Below, piece after piece: positions 36,487 to 47,974 of a stretch of 64,000 nucleotides of DNA (positions are counted from its first letter, which is position 1; each line of letters opens with the position of its first letter). Both the position numbers and the translations under genes were made by a program. A model generated the notes under the pieces. It had not been told where the DNA came from and did not search any database. It saw only the letters and a list, made by a program, of their open reading frames with translations. The DNA comes from Macrostomum lignano. Taxonomy: Eukaryota. The DNA is taken from positions 25,753 through 89,752 of the forward strand of contig NIVC01003582.1 in assembly GCA_002269645.1 (NCBI GenBank), written 5' to 3'.

Positions 36487-38612
36487 TCACGGCTTCAACG
36501 AGTAGGAGTTGGAGTTTCTCGGAAAAATCGGCTCCACTTTTGAGCGCACAATGGCAGCAATGATTTTGAGCAGCAGGCCCAGGCCGATGATGCTCAGCAG
36601 TAGCAGCAGAAGAATGTCAGGAATTATCCAACCGTTAAACTTGTTGTAAATCGCGGTCGCGCTGGCCCAGGCGATGGCCATGTGCGGAGTGAACACGAAG
36701 CGCAGCACCCGGTCCAAGGTGGTCAGCTCCATCACCACGTAGGCAGCAACAATTGAGTTCAGCAGGCCCAGACAGATGAAACTGCAGGTTTCGCTAGTCA
36801 GGGTGCTCAGGTAGTTCAGAGAGATGTCCAGATTGAGGAACGAGGCGAAGACGGCCCAGCCGGCGTACAAACCGACGCCGTTCTGCACGAAGATTACGGT
36901 GAGCCAGTAAGCGGACTGGCGTAGGGCCAGCTGCCTCTTGCCTACGTACAGCCAGTAGTAGGACGAGGACAGAGCGGCAGCCAAGCTAACAGCCAAGGCA
37001 AACAGTACGCAAGTCTGTTGTTTTGGTGCCATGTGGGTGAGCGATCGCGATTTGTTAGCATAAAAGCCTGAACGGAGCATCAAACCATCCTGATCTAACA
37101 CTATTTAATCCCACAGCTATGCCTGAAAGATTCTTCAAACAGCCATCCTGTGCTAATAAACCTGCAAAGCACCCACCCCACTCCCCGACACATGTATATT
37201 TCAAACCCGAAAAACACCCACCCCACTTCCTGATACATGTCTATATCAAACCCGCAAAACAACCACCCCACTCTCTGATAAATGTAGAAATCAAACCCGC
37301 AAAACACCCACCCCACTCCCTGATAAATGTATTGTAGAAATCAAACCCGCAAAACACCCACCCCACTCCCTGATAAATGTAGAAATCAAACCCGCAAAAC
37401 ACCCACCCCACTCCCTGATAAATGTAGAAATCAAACCCGCAAAACACCCACCCCACTCCTTGATACATGTATAAATCAAACCAGCAAAACAACCACCCCA
37501 CTCCTTGATACATGTATATATCAAACCAGCAAAACACCCACCCCAATCCTTGATACATGTATATATCAAACCAGCAAAACATTCACCTTATTGTTGTCTG
37601 TTCTGACCACAGATACTAGAATAAATAGATCGGCCGCTCAGACATATATGCTTCGTAAAACAGCTTTCTACTTTCAGTTCAATAGCAAAGAAGAAGACGT
37701 AAGCTGAAATTCAACTCATTCCATTGCCTTAATAAAGTCAATGGAATGAGTTGAATTTTAGAAGCTCAAGGTCAGGCTTAAACAACTTGCTAATTGGTTC
37801 AGCAATAATGTACATTAGCCAGTCCATTGGAATGTACATGGTAGCTTTTATGCTGGAATCCTAAGAAAGGAAATAAAAACTGGGTCCGGGCGGGGGTAGT
37901 GTGGAAAGGGGCGGTTGGAGGGTTTAAGCTGGGGGTAAGAGCCAATAAATGAGTCTTGGCTTTATAAATACATCAAAATGCTTCTGTTTAGCTTACTACT
38001 GAACTGAAAGTAGTTTACACGAAAATGTGTTGAGTGGGCCATCTAGTTATTCTAGTATCTGTGGTTCTGACAAACCAACAAAACACACACCCCACTCCCT
38101 TGTCCTGAAAAGCCTGCAGAAGACATCCTCCAGCTTTAAAAAGTTGGAATCAACCGCGCCACTGGGCTACTCACCTGCGGTATCAGCAGATAGTTATACC
38201 GATCCACCCGGTCGGCTAAGAAGATCCAAGCCATGTTGAACAGGCTGGCGATGAAGTGCCAGAATAAGAGGCCGGCCGGGGCCAGATCCGGGTCGTTGCA
38301 CAGGAAGCCGCGGCCGCTAGGCGCTCGTCGACAAAGCGTTGTCCAGCAGTGGGCGATCACGACCAGCTGATAGGCATAGATCGCGATCCAGGCGGTGAAG
38401 GCCCAACCGACTGGCGTGAAACTGCTGTTAGTAAACGCGCCTCGTTCGCTCCAGGAGCGAATTCCGCTCGTATTACCGGACTCGAACAGGCCGATTTTTT
38501 GACCTATCTCAAGACCGTTTCCGTTGCTCAGATAGCTGGTTGCTATGCTAAACACCAGGGCGATGCTTGAGCACAGCAGTAGGATGCACTTTCCAACTCG
38601 CACCGAGCACAT
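36487..38612 (-). CDS. Uncharacterised multi-pass membrane protein, TspO/MBR-related, 2 exons, about 321 aa
   Basis: Exons are 38612-38175 (donor CAG|GTGAGT) and 37014-36487 (likely acceptor AACAG|; alternatives lie upstream). Motifs are FTPVGWAFTAWIAIY, FNMAWIF and NGVGLYAGWAVFASFLNL, with several hydrophobic helices. Confidence 0.7.
37140..37580. repeat. About 45-bp degenerate minisatellite (intronic)
   Basis: The unit is approximately AAATCAAACCCGCAAAACACCCACCCCACTCCCTGATAAATGTAG. A stray copy lies near 38072-38100. Confidence 0.9.
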
Positions 38613-39477
38613 TGTGTCTGGAGACAGTCAATTGAATGCGTTCTGCGTTCTTGAGTATGGATCAAAATATGCATCAAAATCTGTCGTGAAAAAGGATAAC
38701 TAGAGCGTGTCTGGATTAGCCGAATAAAATTACATGTAGGTTTCTATTTAATTGATTGGTTACTACAGAAGCAGTCGTCAATTTAAATCGTTGTTTTTCA
38801 ATATCAGCAAAAATAGACAGCATATTTTCAACCTTGTACGTACGAACTAAAAGCTGAAAGTGCAGAATTTGTTGTTTTCGACATCACAGCCCAATTGAAT
38901 GCTCTTATAGCTTTACAGAGCTGATTTTCAGATTTTCTCTCTGTACAAGCTATTCATCATCTCGGCTTTTGTGAGCAGGAATTGGGGAACGCTCAAAGCG
39001 AAGATTAGACAGAAATTCGTGGCTAGATTACACCATAATTTATGTAGCGATCCGGGAGGCTGCCGCATTGCATTTTCCTTCTATATGCGAGCAGGGGCTT
39101 TTAGAGGGATAAGCTTTCCCTATTTGATTCGTTCCCTCCATTCCTTTCAGATCTCTCCCTTAATATTTGCTTAATTTAAACCCACGTGAAGGCTCACTCA
39201 CTTTCACAAGCTTTCACAACATTTCCGGAAGCGAAATTCTTTTTGCTTTTTAGACGAGATTGAGCTCAATGGAACTTCGTCTTTAGTAGCACTCACACTG
39301 ATAACTCCACTGGCCCGAAAAACTAACAGTCACCTTTCCCCTTCAATCTTAATTTGTTGTTAACTTGCCTTTTCAACAAAAGCTAGTTTTCACTAAGATC
39401 CTTTATTCTTATTGGCAGGGACAGAATTTTAAGAGTAGAAAGTTCGCACTCCTAAATAGAGAAGGTAAATAGACATT

Positions 39478-39672
39478 GGGCCGTATGCAGAAAGCTTAGT
39501 CCAGACTAGATAAGTCCGGACTTGGGTAGTTCAGTCTATAGTCTATGGTCAAGCTACCCTAGTTCTGTCTATAGTAGACCGGTCTAACTTTGCGTTTCTG
39601 CATACCAAATCCAAGTCCAGACTAGCTTTTCAAGACCGGACTACCCTAGACAGAGCTCTCTGCATACGGCCC
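39478..39672. mobile_element. 195-bp MITE
   Basis: TIRs are GGGCCGTATGCAGAAAGCT / AGCTCTCTGCATACGGCCC. The 3-bp direct repeat ATT is at 39475-39477 and 39673-39675. Confidence 0.8.
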
Positions 39673-41008
39673 ATTTTAAATCAAATTTACGCGTACAAGT
39701 AGCGATCAGTTGATTTCCATATTGCTTACCAAATAGCAAAGCTTTCTTGCAATCTTGCCAAATTTGCTTCTGCAAGCGCTGTCTGTCTGTCTGTCTGGTC
39801 TGCTGCTGTTTCAATTCGTTCTCTCGTGTTAGTTTTCCTTCTCTTGTCAGTATTTTCATGAATTTTAAGGCCACAACCACGCCCTGAGATGTGTAGGCTT
39901 GACACAGCCCTGCGCTGTCTCGGTGCAACTCGGAGTTGAATGCGTGGCTGAGGTAGAGAGATGGGACTCCAGTGCTTGGTCGGTATGTGCTGAATGAGAA
40001 GCCTTTGGCTGTGTATCTGCCTCTGCCTGTCTGCCTGTCCGTCCGTCCCTCTATTTCATAGCAAAAAAGCGAAAGATATTCTTTCTTCGGCAAAATGGAA
40101 GTGTGCCTCACCGCCCCCCGCTCCCTCGGAGCGCAGGTCGTCAAGAACCCACCCAAATGCAAAAAAAACAAATCTTTTTCAATGCGCTTTAGCTCGAGAA
40201 ATGCAGAGCCTGCCTAACAAGCAGCTCTCCACCGTGCGCGCTGTTCAATATTAGTGGCTTTCTGTACTCTCGTACTCGCTTTTCGGCTACAAAACTGCTT
40301 AAACACTGTAATGCCTTTGGAAGAAATAGCTAATTGCTCGACAAAAGGCCCAGCATATTTCAATGGCTAATGATTGCGCTTGAGCATTTCTCACGGTGCA
40401 GTTTTTAAAGCCAAGTCAGCATAATTTTGATCTTCACTTAGAAAACTTTCTAAAATTGGGCTGGGGGCGCTTTAAAAAACCCGAAATATCACAACGTCTA
40501 AATACACTGGAGAGACGGGGAGACTTCTCAAGCCCGAAATTTCACAATGTCTAAATACACTGGAGAGACAGGAGACTATTCGGTGTTGTGAAATTTCGGG
40601 TTTTCATGTTTCGATATTGAGAAATTTCGAGTTTGTGAAACGACCCCAACTGGGAGTAATTTAAACTTTTCTTTAACAAATTCAAGAGGCATATTTTTTT
40701 GAAGATTCTAAAAACTCCTTTGTTAATTATACAATCCTATTCGAGAAATCTTAAATACCTTATGGGTATTTTGTTGTACTTTTTATTTGCAACTCAGTTG
40801 TCATAAATTGTCATAAATTACCATAGACTAATTTCCTTTTACAGTTCTTTCTCGCAGTTAAGTTTCTCGCCCCAAGCCTTCTCGTCGTTAACTCATAAAA
40901 TATATTGCAATTCAAATCTAAGTTAAGTTGTAGTTTCACTACAAATTGGTCCGGTGAGGCGGCGAAAGATATTACTCGCATACTCAATACTCACAGAAGA
41001 CAAATCCA

Positions 41009-41922
41009 ATGACGGACAGTGCAAGCAACAATTCCGCTCCTACACCACCTACAACCACGCAAGCCGCACCAAGTTCGGCCGCACCAAGTTTCCAGTGGTT
41101 ACACATGCAGTAGGAAACGCCGCCGACACCGCTTCAGTCTCCCTGGCCCACCTGAAGCTGCCAATCTTCTATCGCAACAACCCGGAAGCATGGTTCCTCA
41201 CGCTGGAGGCCCAGTTTATGCTCAACAGGGTGACCAACGAGACCGCCAAATTTTACCACCTAGTCTCTCATCTACCGGAGGATATCGCGGCTCTGCACTT
41301 GTCCGCTCAGACTCCAAAACAGTACGAACAACTGAAAACAGCGATTACATCGACTCTGCAAAAGTCCAAGCAGGAGAAGGTTTCGGAAGTATTGCAAGTC
41401 TCGGACCTCGGAGGAGACAAGCCATCAATCTTCATGCGCAAACTCCGGAGCAAGATGGAGCAGTGCCAGATACAGCCCGACGAGGAACTCCTCAAGGCCA
41501 CTCTGATGCGCTGTCTTCCACAGGACCTTCGTATCGCACTGTCGGGATTCCAACAGCAGTCATCCCAGTAAATTTCCGAGATTGCTGACTCGATGTTGGT
41601 CGTCAGAGGCCTTAGCTCTCCATCGCCAGCGACAGTTTGCCCAATTCAGCAGGCCGGTGCAGATCGGACACCCCAACAGCGCTTTGAGCAAGCTCCATAC
41701 CGACAAGCACCTGGTAAGCCCACTGGAACAGACCCATCTAAGCCTGGCCAACGCCCCGTCGTTTGCCGCTCACACCTCTACTATGGCCACCGTGCTCGGT
41801 CGTGTCGCCCCTGGTGCCAGTTTCCCAAGGACAGCTCGCGTCCGATCCGAGTGCTGCATCCCAATGAAAAAACGCCATCTCAGTCGCGTTCATCATCACC
41901 TTCTCGACAGCCGGAAAACTAA
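41009..41922 (+). pseudogene. gag: Gypsy gag, frameshifted with an internal stop
   Basis: It reads LKLPIFYRNNPEAWFLTLEAQF..KFYHLV, GGDKPSIFMRKL and C..HLYYGHRARSCRPWC. There is a TAA at 41569. Confidence 0.85.
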
Positions 41923-43871
41923 ACTAAACGCACTTCGGCGCTTCCTCGGTGTCGTCGGTTTCTACCGTCGATTCGTTCCCAACTTTGCCGACCGCATCTG
42001 TCCGCTGCAAGACCTACTCACTGCATCACTACAGTCAGCAGGAAACTTCCAATGGACAGAGCAGCATCAGAAATCTTTCGAAAACATCAAACAAGCTCTC
42101 TCAGAGAGACTACTGCTGCATCATCCGGACCCCAACTGTACTGCGTACCACCTGTACACTGATGCCTCAGCCGACTGTGTTGGTGCCGTTCTGCATCAAA
42201 CCTCTTCAACGGAACGTCACCTCTTGGCATGTTCAGCAAAAAGTTGTCGTCATCTCAAAGGACGTACAGCACGTTCGACCGAGAACTACTCGCGGCGTAC
42301 CTGGCAGTGTTGCACTTCCGCAACCTCATTGAAGGACTGAGCGTGACCTTGTTCACCGATCATAAACCACTAGCTCAGGCCTTCCACGCCAATCGCACCA
42401 CTACGTCAGATCGCAATCAGCGCTACTTGACCGTCTTGTCCGAGTACGTGGCAGATGTCCAGTACATTCGCGGTGCAGACAACGTAATAGCTGATGCCCT
42501 TTCTCGACTGCCTGACTTCCCAGTCAATGATCACGTGTCCAACATCGCAACAGTCGCTGTAGTCGCTGCCCCATCAAGCCAATTCCCTGTTGATCTGCCC
42601 AGTATCGCTGAAGCACAACGACCGGAGTCGTTCTCACCTGCACCAAATATTCGATCGTATTCTCTGGACAAAGACGTCGTCGTTTGGTGTGAGACGTCAA
42701 CGCCGTATCCTCGCCCGATCATTCCGCCGTCTCTCCGCGACGCCGTAATTGCCTCCTTCCATCGACTTGGTCATTTCAGCTACCGTAAAACAGCAAAACT
42801 CATCACAGAACGTTACTTTTGGCCCGGAATGCGCAAGTCCATCAAGACCTCCTGCTGGAACTGCCAGGACTGCCAACGGAGTAAAGTCACTCGCTACACT
42901 GTCTCCCCGCAACAGGCCTTCGCATTACCATCAAATCGCATTGAGGCGGTACACATCGATATTGTGGGACCACTTCCACCAGCTAATGCTACCACCTTTG
43001 GCCACCAGTCTGCCCGCTACCTTCTCACGATGGTCGACCGCTCGACTGGCTGGCTAGAAGCTACACCACTGGAATCAATAACCGCGGAAGTAGTCGCCCA
43101 TGCATTCGTCTCGTCTTGGGTCTCGCGCTACGGAGTGCCACTGTATGTAATCACTGATCGGGGGCGCCAGTTCGAATCAGAATTCTTTCACTCGTTCTCG
43201 TCATCAATTGGTTTTCATCGATTACGCACAACGGCCTACCACCCTCAAACCAATGGCAAGGTCGAGCGAGCCCATCGCACCCTGAAGACGATGCTACGTG
43301 CTCGAGGCAATGACTGGCTGACAGACCTACCTGTGGCTCTCCTCGCGATGCACGTCGCACCTGACGACCAAGGAATATCACCGTTCACCAGGGTTACCGG
43401 CGAGCTTCCGATGGTTCCGCGCATTCTAACTTCTGAACCACTCGCCCCAACGGACATTCGGACACGGCTGCAGGAACTGCTGACAGAGTTACCGAGTCCA
43501 CACGCGAAGACGCACGAACCACGGAGCTACGTGTACCCAAGGACCTGGAAATGGCTGAATTCGTCTGGGTTCGGGTCGATCGCGTGCGGTCGCCGCTCGA
43601 GGCGCCGTACTCAGGGCCGTATCGCGTGAAACAGCGAACTGACAAGTTCTTCGTTATTTTCCTACCGTCAGGCAACACCGAATCTGTCTCTATCGATCGC
43701 CTCAAGCCGGCGCGACTTTCGCTTCCGAAGTCGGCTGTTCAGCCGCCCGCGAACTCGCTGCCGGAAAAAGCCGCCAAACCAGAAGAACCGAGGGACTCAT
43801 CACCTCCTAGAGCGACCTCTAGCGGCCGCCGAGTCCAATTCCAACGCCATAATGATTACATTTTTAATTAA
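41915..43871 (+). pseudogene. pol: RT thumb, RNase H and integrase (HHCC, DDE, GPY/F), with two frameshifts
   Basis: Motifs: LRRFLGVVGFYRRF, LYTDAS, YSTFDRELLA, TDHKPL, NVIADALSR, H..GH..C..CQ, HIDIVGP, TDRGRQF, YHPQTNGKVER and APYSGPYRV. Confidence 0.92.
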
Positions 43872-45266
43872 CCTTGTAATGTATAACGTCTACTGACTGC
43901 TGTTCCAATGTTCTCAATATTTCTCAATGTTCAACCCCTCATATAAAATTTAGCTCGTATTTCAACTGTATAACCGCTTCGTTTCAATAATTTAAGCCAT
44001 TCCACCATTTTATAATTCAGTTACAGTCTCTTTTCCCCGTGCTCCGCAATTGGAGGGGGGAGTCGTATGGGTAATTTTGTTGTACTTTTTATTTGCAACT
44101 CAGTTTGTCATAAATTACCATAGACTAATTTCCTTTTACAGTTCTTTCTCGCAGTTAAGTTTCTCGCCCCAAGCCTTCTCGTCGTTAACTCATAAAATAT
44201 ATTGCAATTCAAATCTAAGTCAAGTTGTAGTTTCACTACAACCTTTTCAGAGCCTGACGCATCAGCTGACTGCGTAAGCCTGCGCATACTCGAGGATGCT
44301 TTCACCCGGCTTTAGCTATATCAGTGCATTTTCAAATTCATATGACTGAGCGAGGCAATACAGCCCCACGCCAGTGATGGCACACTTGAATTTTAAGGTC
44401 TGTGAATCAGGTTTTTTGCTTGATTTTTTCGTCTAATTAAAGGTGAGCCAGATGTCTCAAATGACATCAATAGGCTTCATAAATCCTTCAATCCAAGGTT
44501 ACATTTCGGATTAAAAAACACCTTGCCTTGTGCATTCGGAGTTGATGACATATCTTACGCGTATATGAGCAATGCATAGAGCGATAAATCAAAGTAAAAA
44601 TTTGTGCAAAGGCTACGTCACTGCTAATCAATAGTCAAACTAGAAATCACACTAAAAGCTAAAAAAAGAACTTTCAACATGCCGGTGACAACACGAAGGC
44701 AACTGAGTTTTGCAATTAGCGGGAGTAAAATAGGTAATCTAGGCTATAGTCGGGCTAGTGAGTCCAATGAATTTGTTATGCAGAGGCTGTCAGTAGATAA
44801 ATATTTACAACTGGTTTGTTTGAAGGATCGGAAAAATTTTGGTTTGGAAAGATGATTATGATTACTGTGTTGCTAAAGATGATAACAGGTGCGTTGACAG
44901 GTGCTAATGTAATAAACAACAAAAACAGAAACTTGATTAGGTCGTAAATGCGGCCACAATTAATTACAATTAGAGATAATTTTGCAAATAATTATAGGGC
45001 AGGAGACAAAAACAATAAGGTAAAGTAGCTCACATGAGCTTGTAGAGTCGCCACCACAAGTAGGGGGCTCAATAAGTTAATTCGTTGAAGAAAATTTCAA
45101 GGAGGCGTACGACGTAAAATAGACATATTTTATAATTTTTATAGAAATTTTATAGAAATTCAGAAGAGTACCAAAGAGACTTGAATGAAAACAATGATAA
45201 TTTCAACACCCTCAAACATTGTATTTCACGGTCTAAACGCCAGTAGTTCGACTAATTCTTCAGCAT

Positions 45267-46373
45267 TCAACCAAAACGATCGTCGGCCCGAATGAGTCGA
45301 TGCATTTCAATGGCTTCGTTGTTGGCACCGGCGTCTCCGTCGCAGAGCTGCCGATCGCATCGGCGATGGGACGGGGCGCGCCTCTGTTGCTGGAAGCACC
45401 AACTGCTACCCACCGATCGGCTGTACCGGACAAGCAGGAAGAAGTTCAGGCAGGAGTCAATGGGCTGAAAGACGCCGCCCCAGTTTGTAAAGTGTTCCAG
45501 CAGGCTCAGCGTGTTCGAGTTGAGGCCAGGACCGCTTAGCCCATGCAGCACGTAGCCCGCAGTGATCACGTAGCATAGAGCGAAAGGAAACTCAAGCAGA
45601 ACGAATCCGCCCGCCATTAGTAGGACCATCTTGCTGGCCCGCTTGCTACTTCTGTGATAGGCGAAGCGAACCCGCAGGCTGTACGCGATGCGACCGGTAA
45701 GCACCAGGATACTCAAGCCCGGGAAAAGCACGCCGAAACAGGCGAAGCTCAGGTAGCGCCGCAATTCCTCTCGCACCGCCGCAAACTCGGCCGAAGTAAA
45801 ATTTCCCACTATAAAGTCGCCGTTCTCGCGATCGTCGACGACGCTGTTGCTGAGATTGACGCCGCCAAGCACTGCAGTGGCAAGCATCGACAGACTAACA
45901 AGCACGGCAATCTGAGTGCGGGTTCCAGCTGCCGCCACAGCGATCGATGGACGAAGGAGCGCAGCGGCGCGGTAGAGCGTCATACACAGCAGCCAATGGT
46001 TGCGCACCGTCTGTACACCGTGCAGTAAGAGGCCAGCGCGAGGTGACAACAAGCGCTGGCAGAGAAGATAGCCAGCCAGGAGGCAGTTCAGCGCCACTTC
46101 CAGTCCAGTGAGGGCTGGCACTCCGCAAGCTCGCTCTCGGAGAGTGGTAGGCAACGGTGTACTGCAGTCATGCTGGTTACACCGCCTTCTAAGTCCTTTG
46201 CCGGCGGTGAGCAATGCAGCCAGAGCAGCTGCGTTCATGCCGCATGCCAGACAACTCAAACCAAGTGTAATACTAAAGGCGGCCACCTCTGCTGGTCCCG
46301 CGCCTGCTCCACCGGCCGCGCCGTCAGTAAAGTTTTTGCTGTCGCTGACAGTCTTGCCGCGAATTTGATCCAT
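45267..46373 (-). CDS. Class A (rhodopsin-like) peptide-type GPCR, single exon, 368 aa
   Basis: Seven hydrophobic segments are present. TM3 ends MTLYRAAALLRP (DRY equivalent), TM5 has LFPGLSIL, TM6 has FVLLEFP, and TM7 has IDSCLNFFL (Srw/FMRFamide-receptor style). Confidence 0.7.
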   Translation of the reverse strand: MDQIRGKTVSDSKNFTDGAAGGAGAGPAEVAAFSITLGLSCLACGMNAAALAALLTAGKGLRRRCNQHDCSTPLPTTLRERACGVPALTGLEVALNCLLAGYLLCQRLLSPRAGLLLHGVQTVRNHWLLCMTLYRAAALLRPSIAVAAAGTRTQIAVLVSLSMLATAVLGGVNLSNSVVDDRENGDFIVGNFTSAEFAAVREELRRYLSFACFGVLFPGLSILVLTGRIAYSLRVRFAYHRSSKRASKMVLLMAGGFVLLEFPFALCYVITAGYVLHGLSGPGLNSNTLSLLEHFTNWGGVFQPIDSCLNFFLLVRYSRSVGSSWCFQQQRRAPSHRRCDRQLCDGDAGANNEAIEMHRLIRADDRFG

Positions 46374-46774
46374 TTGCGTCTTTAAGCCGTTGTTTTAGCT
46401 AGCTATACTATCTCCCAAAATGTTTTGACTGCTATAGTCCTACATAGACATGGCATGTTATCCCCTTTATCCAAAAAAGTAACAGGAGTGAGGGCACAGG
46501 TAAGCCTGAGAACAGTCTATCCCATAGCAGCCAATCGTCGACCGTGTCTGAAAACTGTTGGATAAGAAAAAAGTGCTCCAGGACGAACTTAGACTGCTAT
46601 AGTTTTTCAGACGCGCCCATCAGCAATCAGTACTGCACATACTAACTATATTTTCACTAAACTTGAAGAAACTTTCTCAACAATGCTTTAGCACAGGGCT
46701 CGGCAAACTTTTTTTACCTCAATTGCCAGATAAAAGAATCTAGATCATTGTTACGGGCTGGATGAGATGAAAGA

Positions 46775-46985
46775 GGAAGTGAGAGGGAACGGGGAGAGAG
46801 AAGAAAAAGAGATGAGATCGAATCGATTAGAGAAGAGAAGAGAGAAGAGAAGAGAAGAAAGGATAGAAGAGGAGAAAGACAGAAGAGAAGAGAGGAGTGA
46901 AGAAACGAGAGGAGATGAGGGTTGAGAGGAGAGTGAAGAGGAGACAAAGGAGAGGAGAAGGGAGAGAGGATGGGACTTAGAAGAG
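46775..46985. repeat. GA-rich low-complexity tract
   Basis: Near-pure purine run (AGAAG/GAGA). Confidence 0.85.
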
Positions 46986-47303
46986 AGCCCGTGGGCCGTA
47001 TAGTTCGACCCCTTCGTCTCGAGGAGCTCGCTCCCTGGCCAAGATAACTAGACAGAAGGATGACAGTCAATGAAAGAGATTGTATGATATAAAAAGTGGG
47101 TAGACTTTGTTTGGGACTTGGGAGAAAAAGGGAGCCTGAACTTTCAAACGTGAAACGTGACTTAGCTACATATTTGAAAATTTAGGGACAATAATTAAAT
47201 CCGACGAGAAATTGTTTCTTGAGGAATTAAGCTTCTTTTCATTTGATATACACATGTTTTCTACGAAAATTTGACATTCAAAGAGTCAACTGTGCAATAC
47301 CAT

Positions 47304-47974
47304 TGTGACAGTGTGATTTGTAGAAGCGTGTATCGTATTTCTTTATTTTCATATGCATACCGTACTACTACTACTGTATTCTTTCATTTATTTTAACAAT
47401 ATTCGTACGTATTATTATCGCGCTATTTTTACTGTTAATTGCTTTGTTTTTTACTTTGTAGCCTCGTATGTATTTATACAATGTTTATACAATATTTATA
47501 CTTAGAACGCAGCTGCAGCTCTGGCTGCATTTGTATTTCATTATATCGTTATTATTTATCGTAAAGTAGTTCTACCTATGTACATGTACTGACGTATGTT
47601 ATTCTTGCATGATATATTTATCGATTAATTTGTACATGTACATTGCGCGCCACGTGGGGGTTTGGGTTTTGGATTAGGGGTGTTGTTGTAATTGTTATCT
47701 GTTTACCTACCAATTAAATATACGCTTGCAGTCAGCCGCCGCTCTCTCCCTTCGCTCCTGGGTTTTCGCTCCGCTTCTCGCGGCCCCTTAGCCGTCGCAT
47801 TCAATTGCTTTAGTCGCACTAAAATTAAGCAGCTACCAATCCAAACCTAACCTTCAATTCAACATACCAAATCCGAAATCAGCAATTTACGCTAAGGGAA
47901 GTCGGCTGCTGGCTCTAGATTATTAAATTTAACCGCTACACAAACCGTACGTCTTCCCGCCTTTATTCATCACA
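47304..47974 (+). mobile_element. 671-bp solo LTR related to the LTR of the 24989-35431 element, opposite orientation
   Basis: Termini are TGTGACAGTG..ATTCATCACA, the reverse complement of that LTR's ends. Internal homology includes CTTGCAGTCAGC.GCCGCTCTCTCC and GTAAAGTAGTTC. The TSD CCAT is at 47300-47303 and 47975-47978. Confidence 0.9.

Larger units (their letters stand above)
40761..44240 (+). mobile_element. Internally deleted Ty3/Gypsy LTR retrotransposon (CsRn1/Mag-like gag), lacking PR and RT core
   Basis: LTRs are 40761-40943 and 44066-44240 (TATGGG..TTTCACTACA). The TSD ACCT is at 40757-40760 and 44241-44244. A TGG-initiated PBS lies at about 40947 and a PPT (GGAGGGGGGAG) at about 44052-44062. 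Confidence 0.9.

Noticed and set aside
40480-40610. Short direct duplication plus inverted copy (GAAATTTCACAA..) upstream of the second Gypsy
   Set aside because: It is probably a MITE fragment, but no termini or TSD could be defined.
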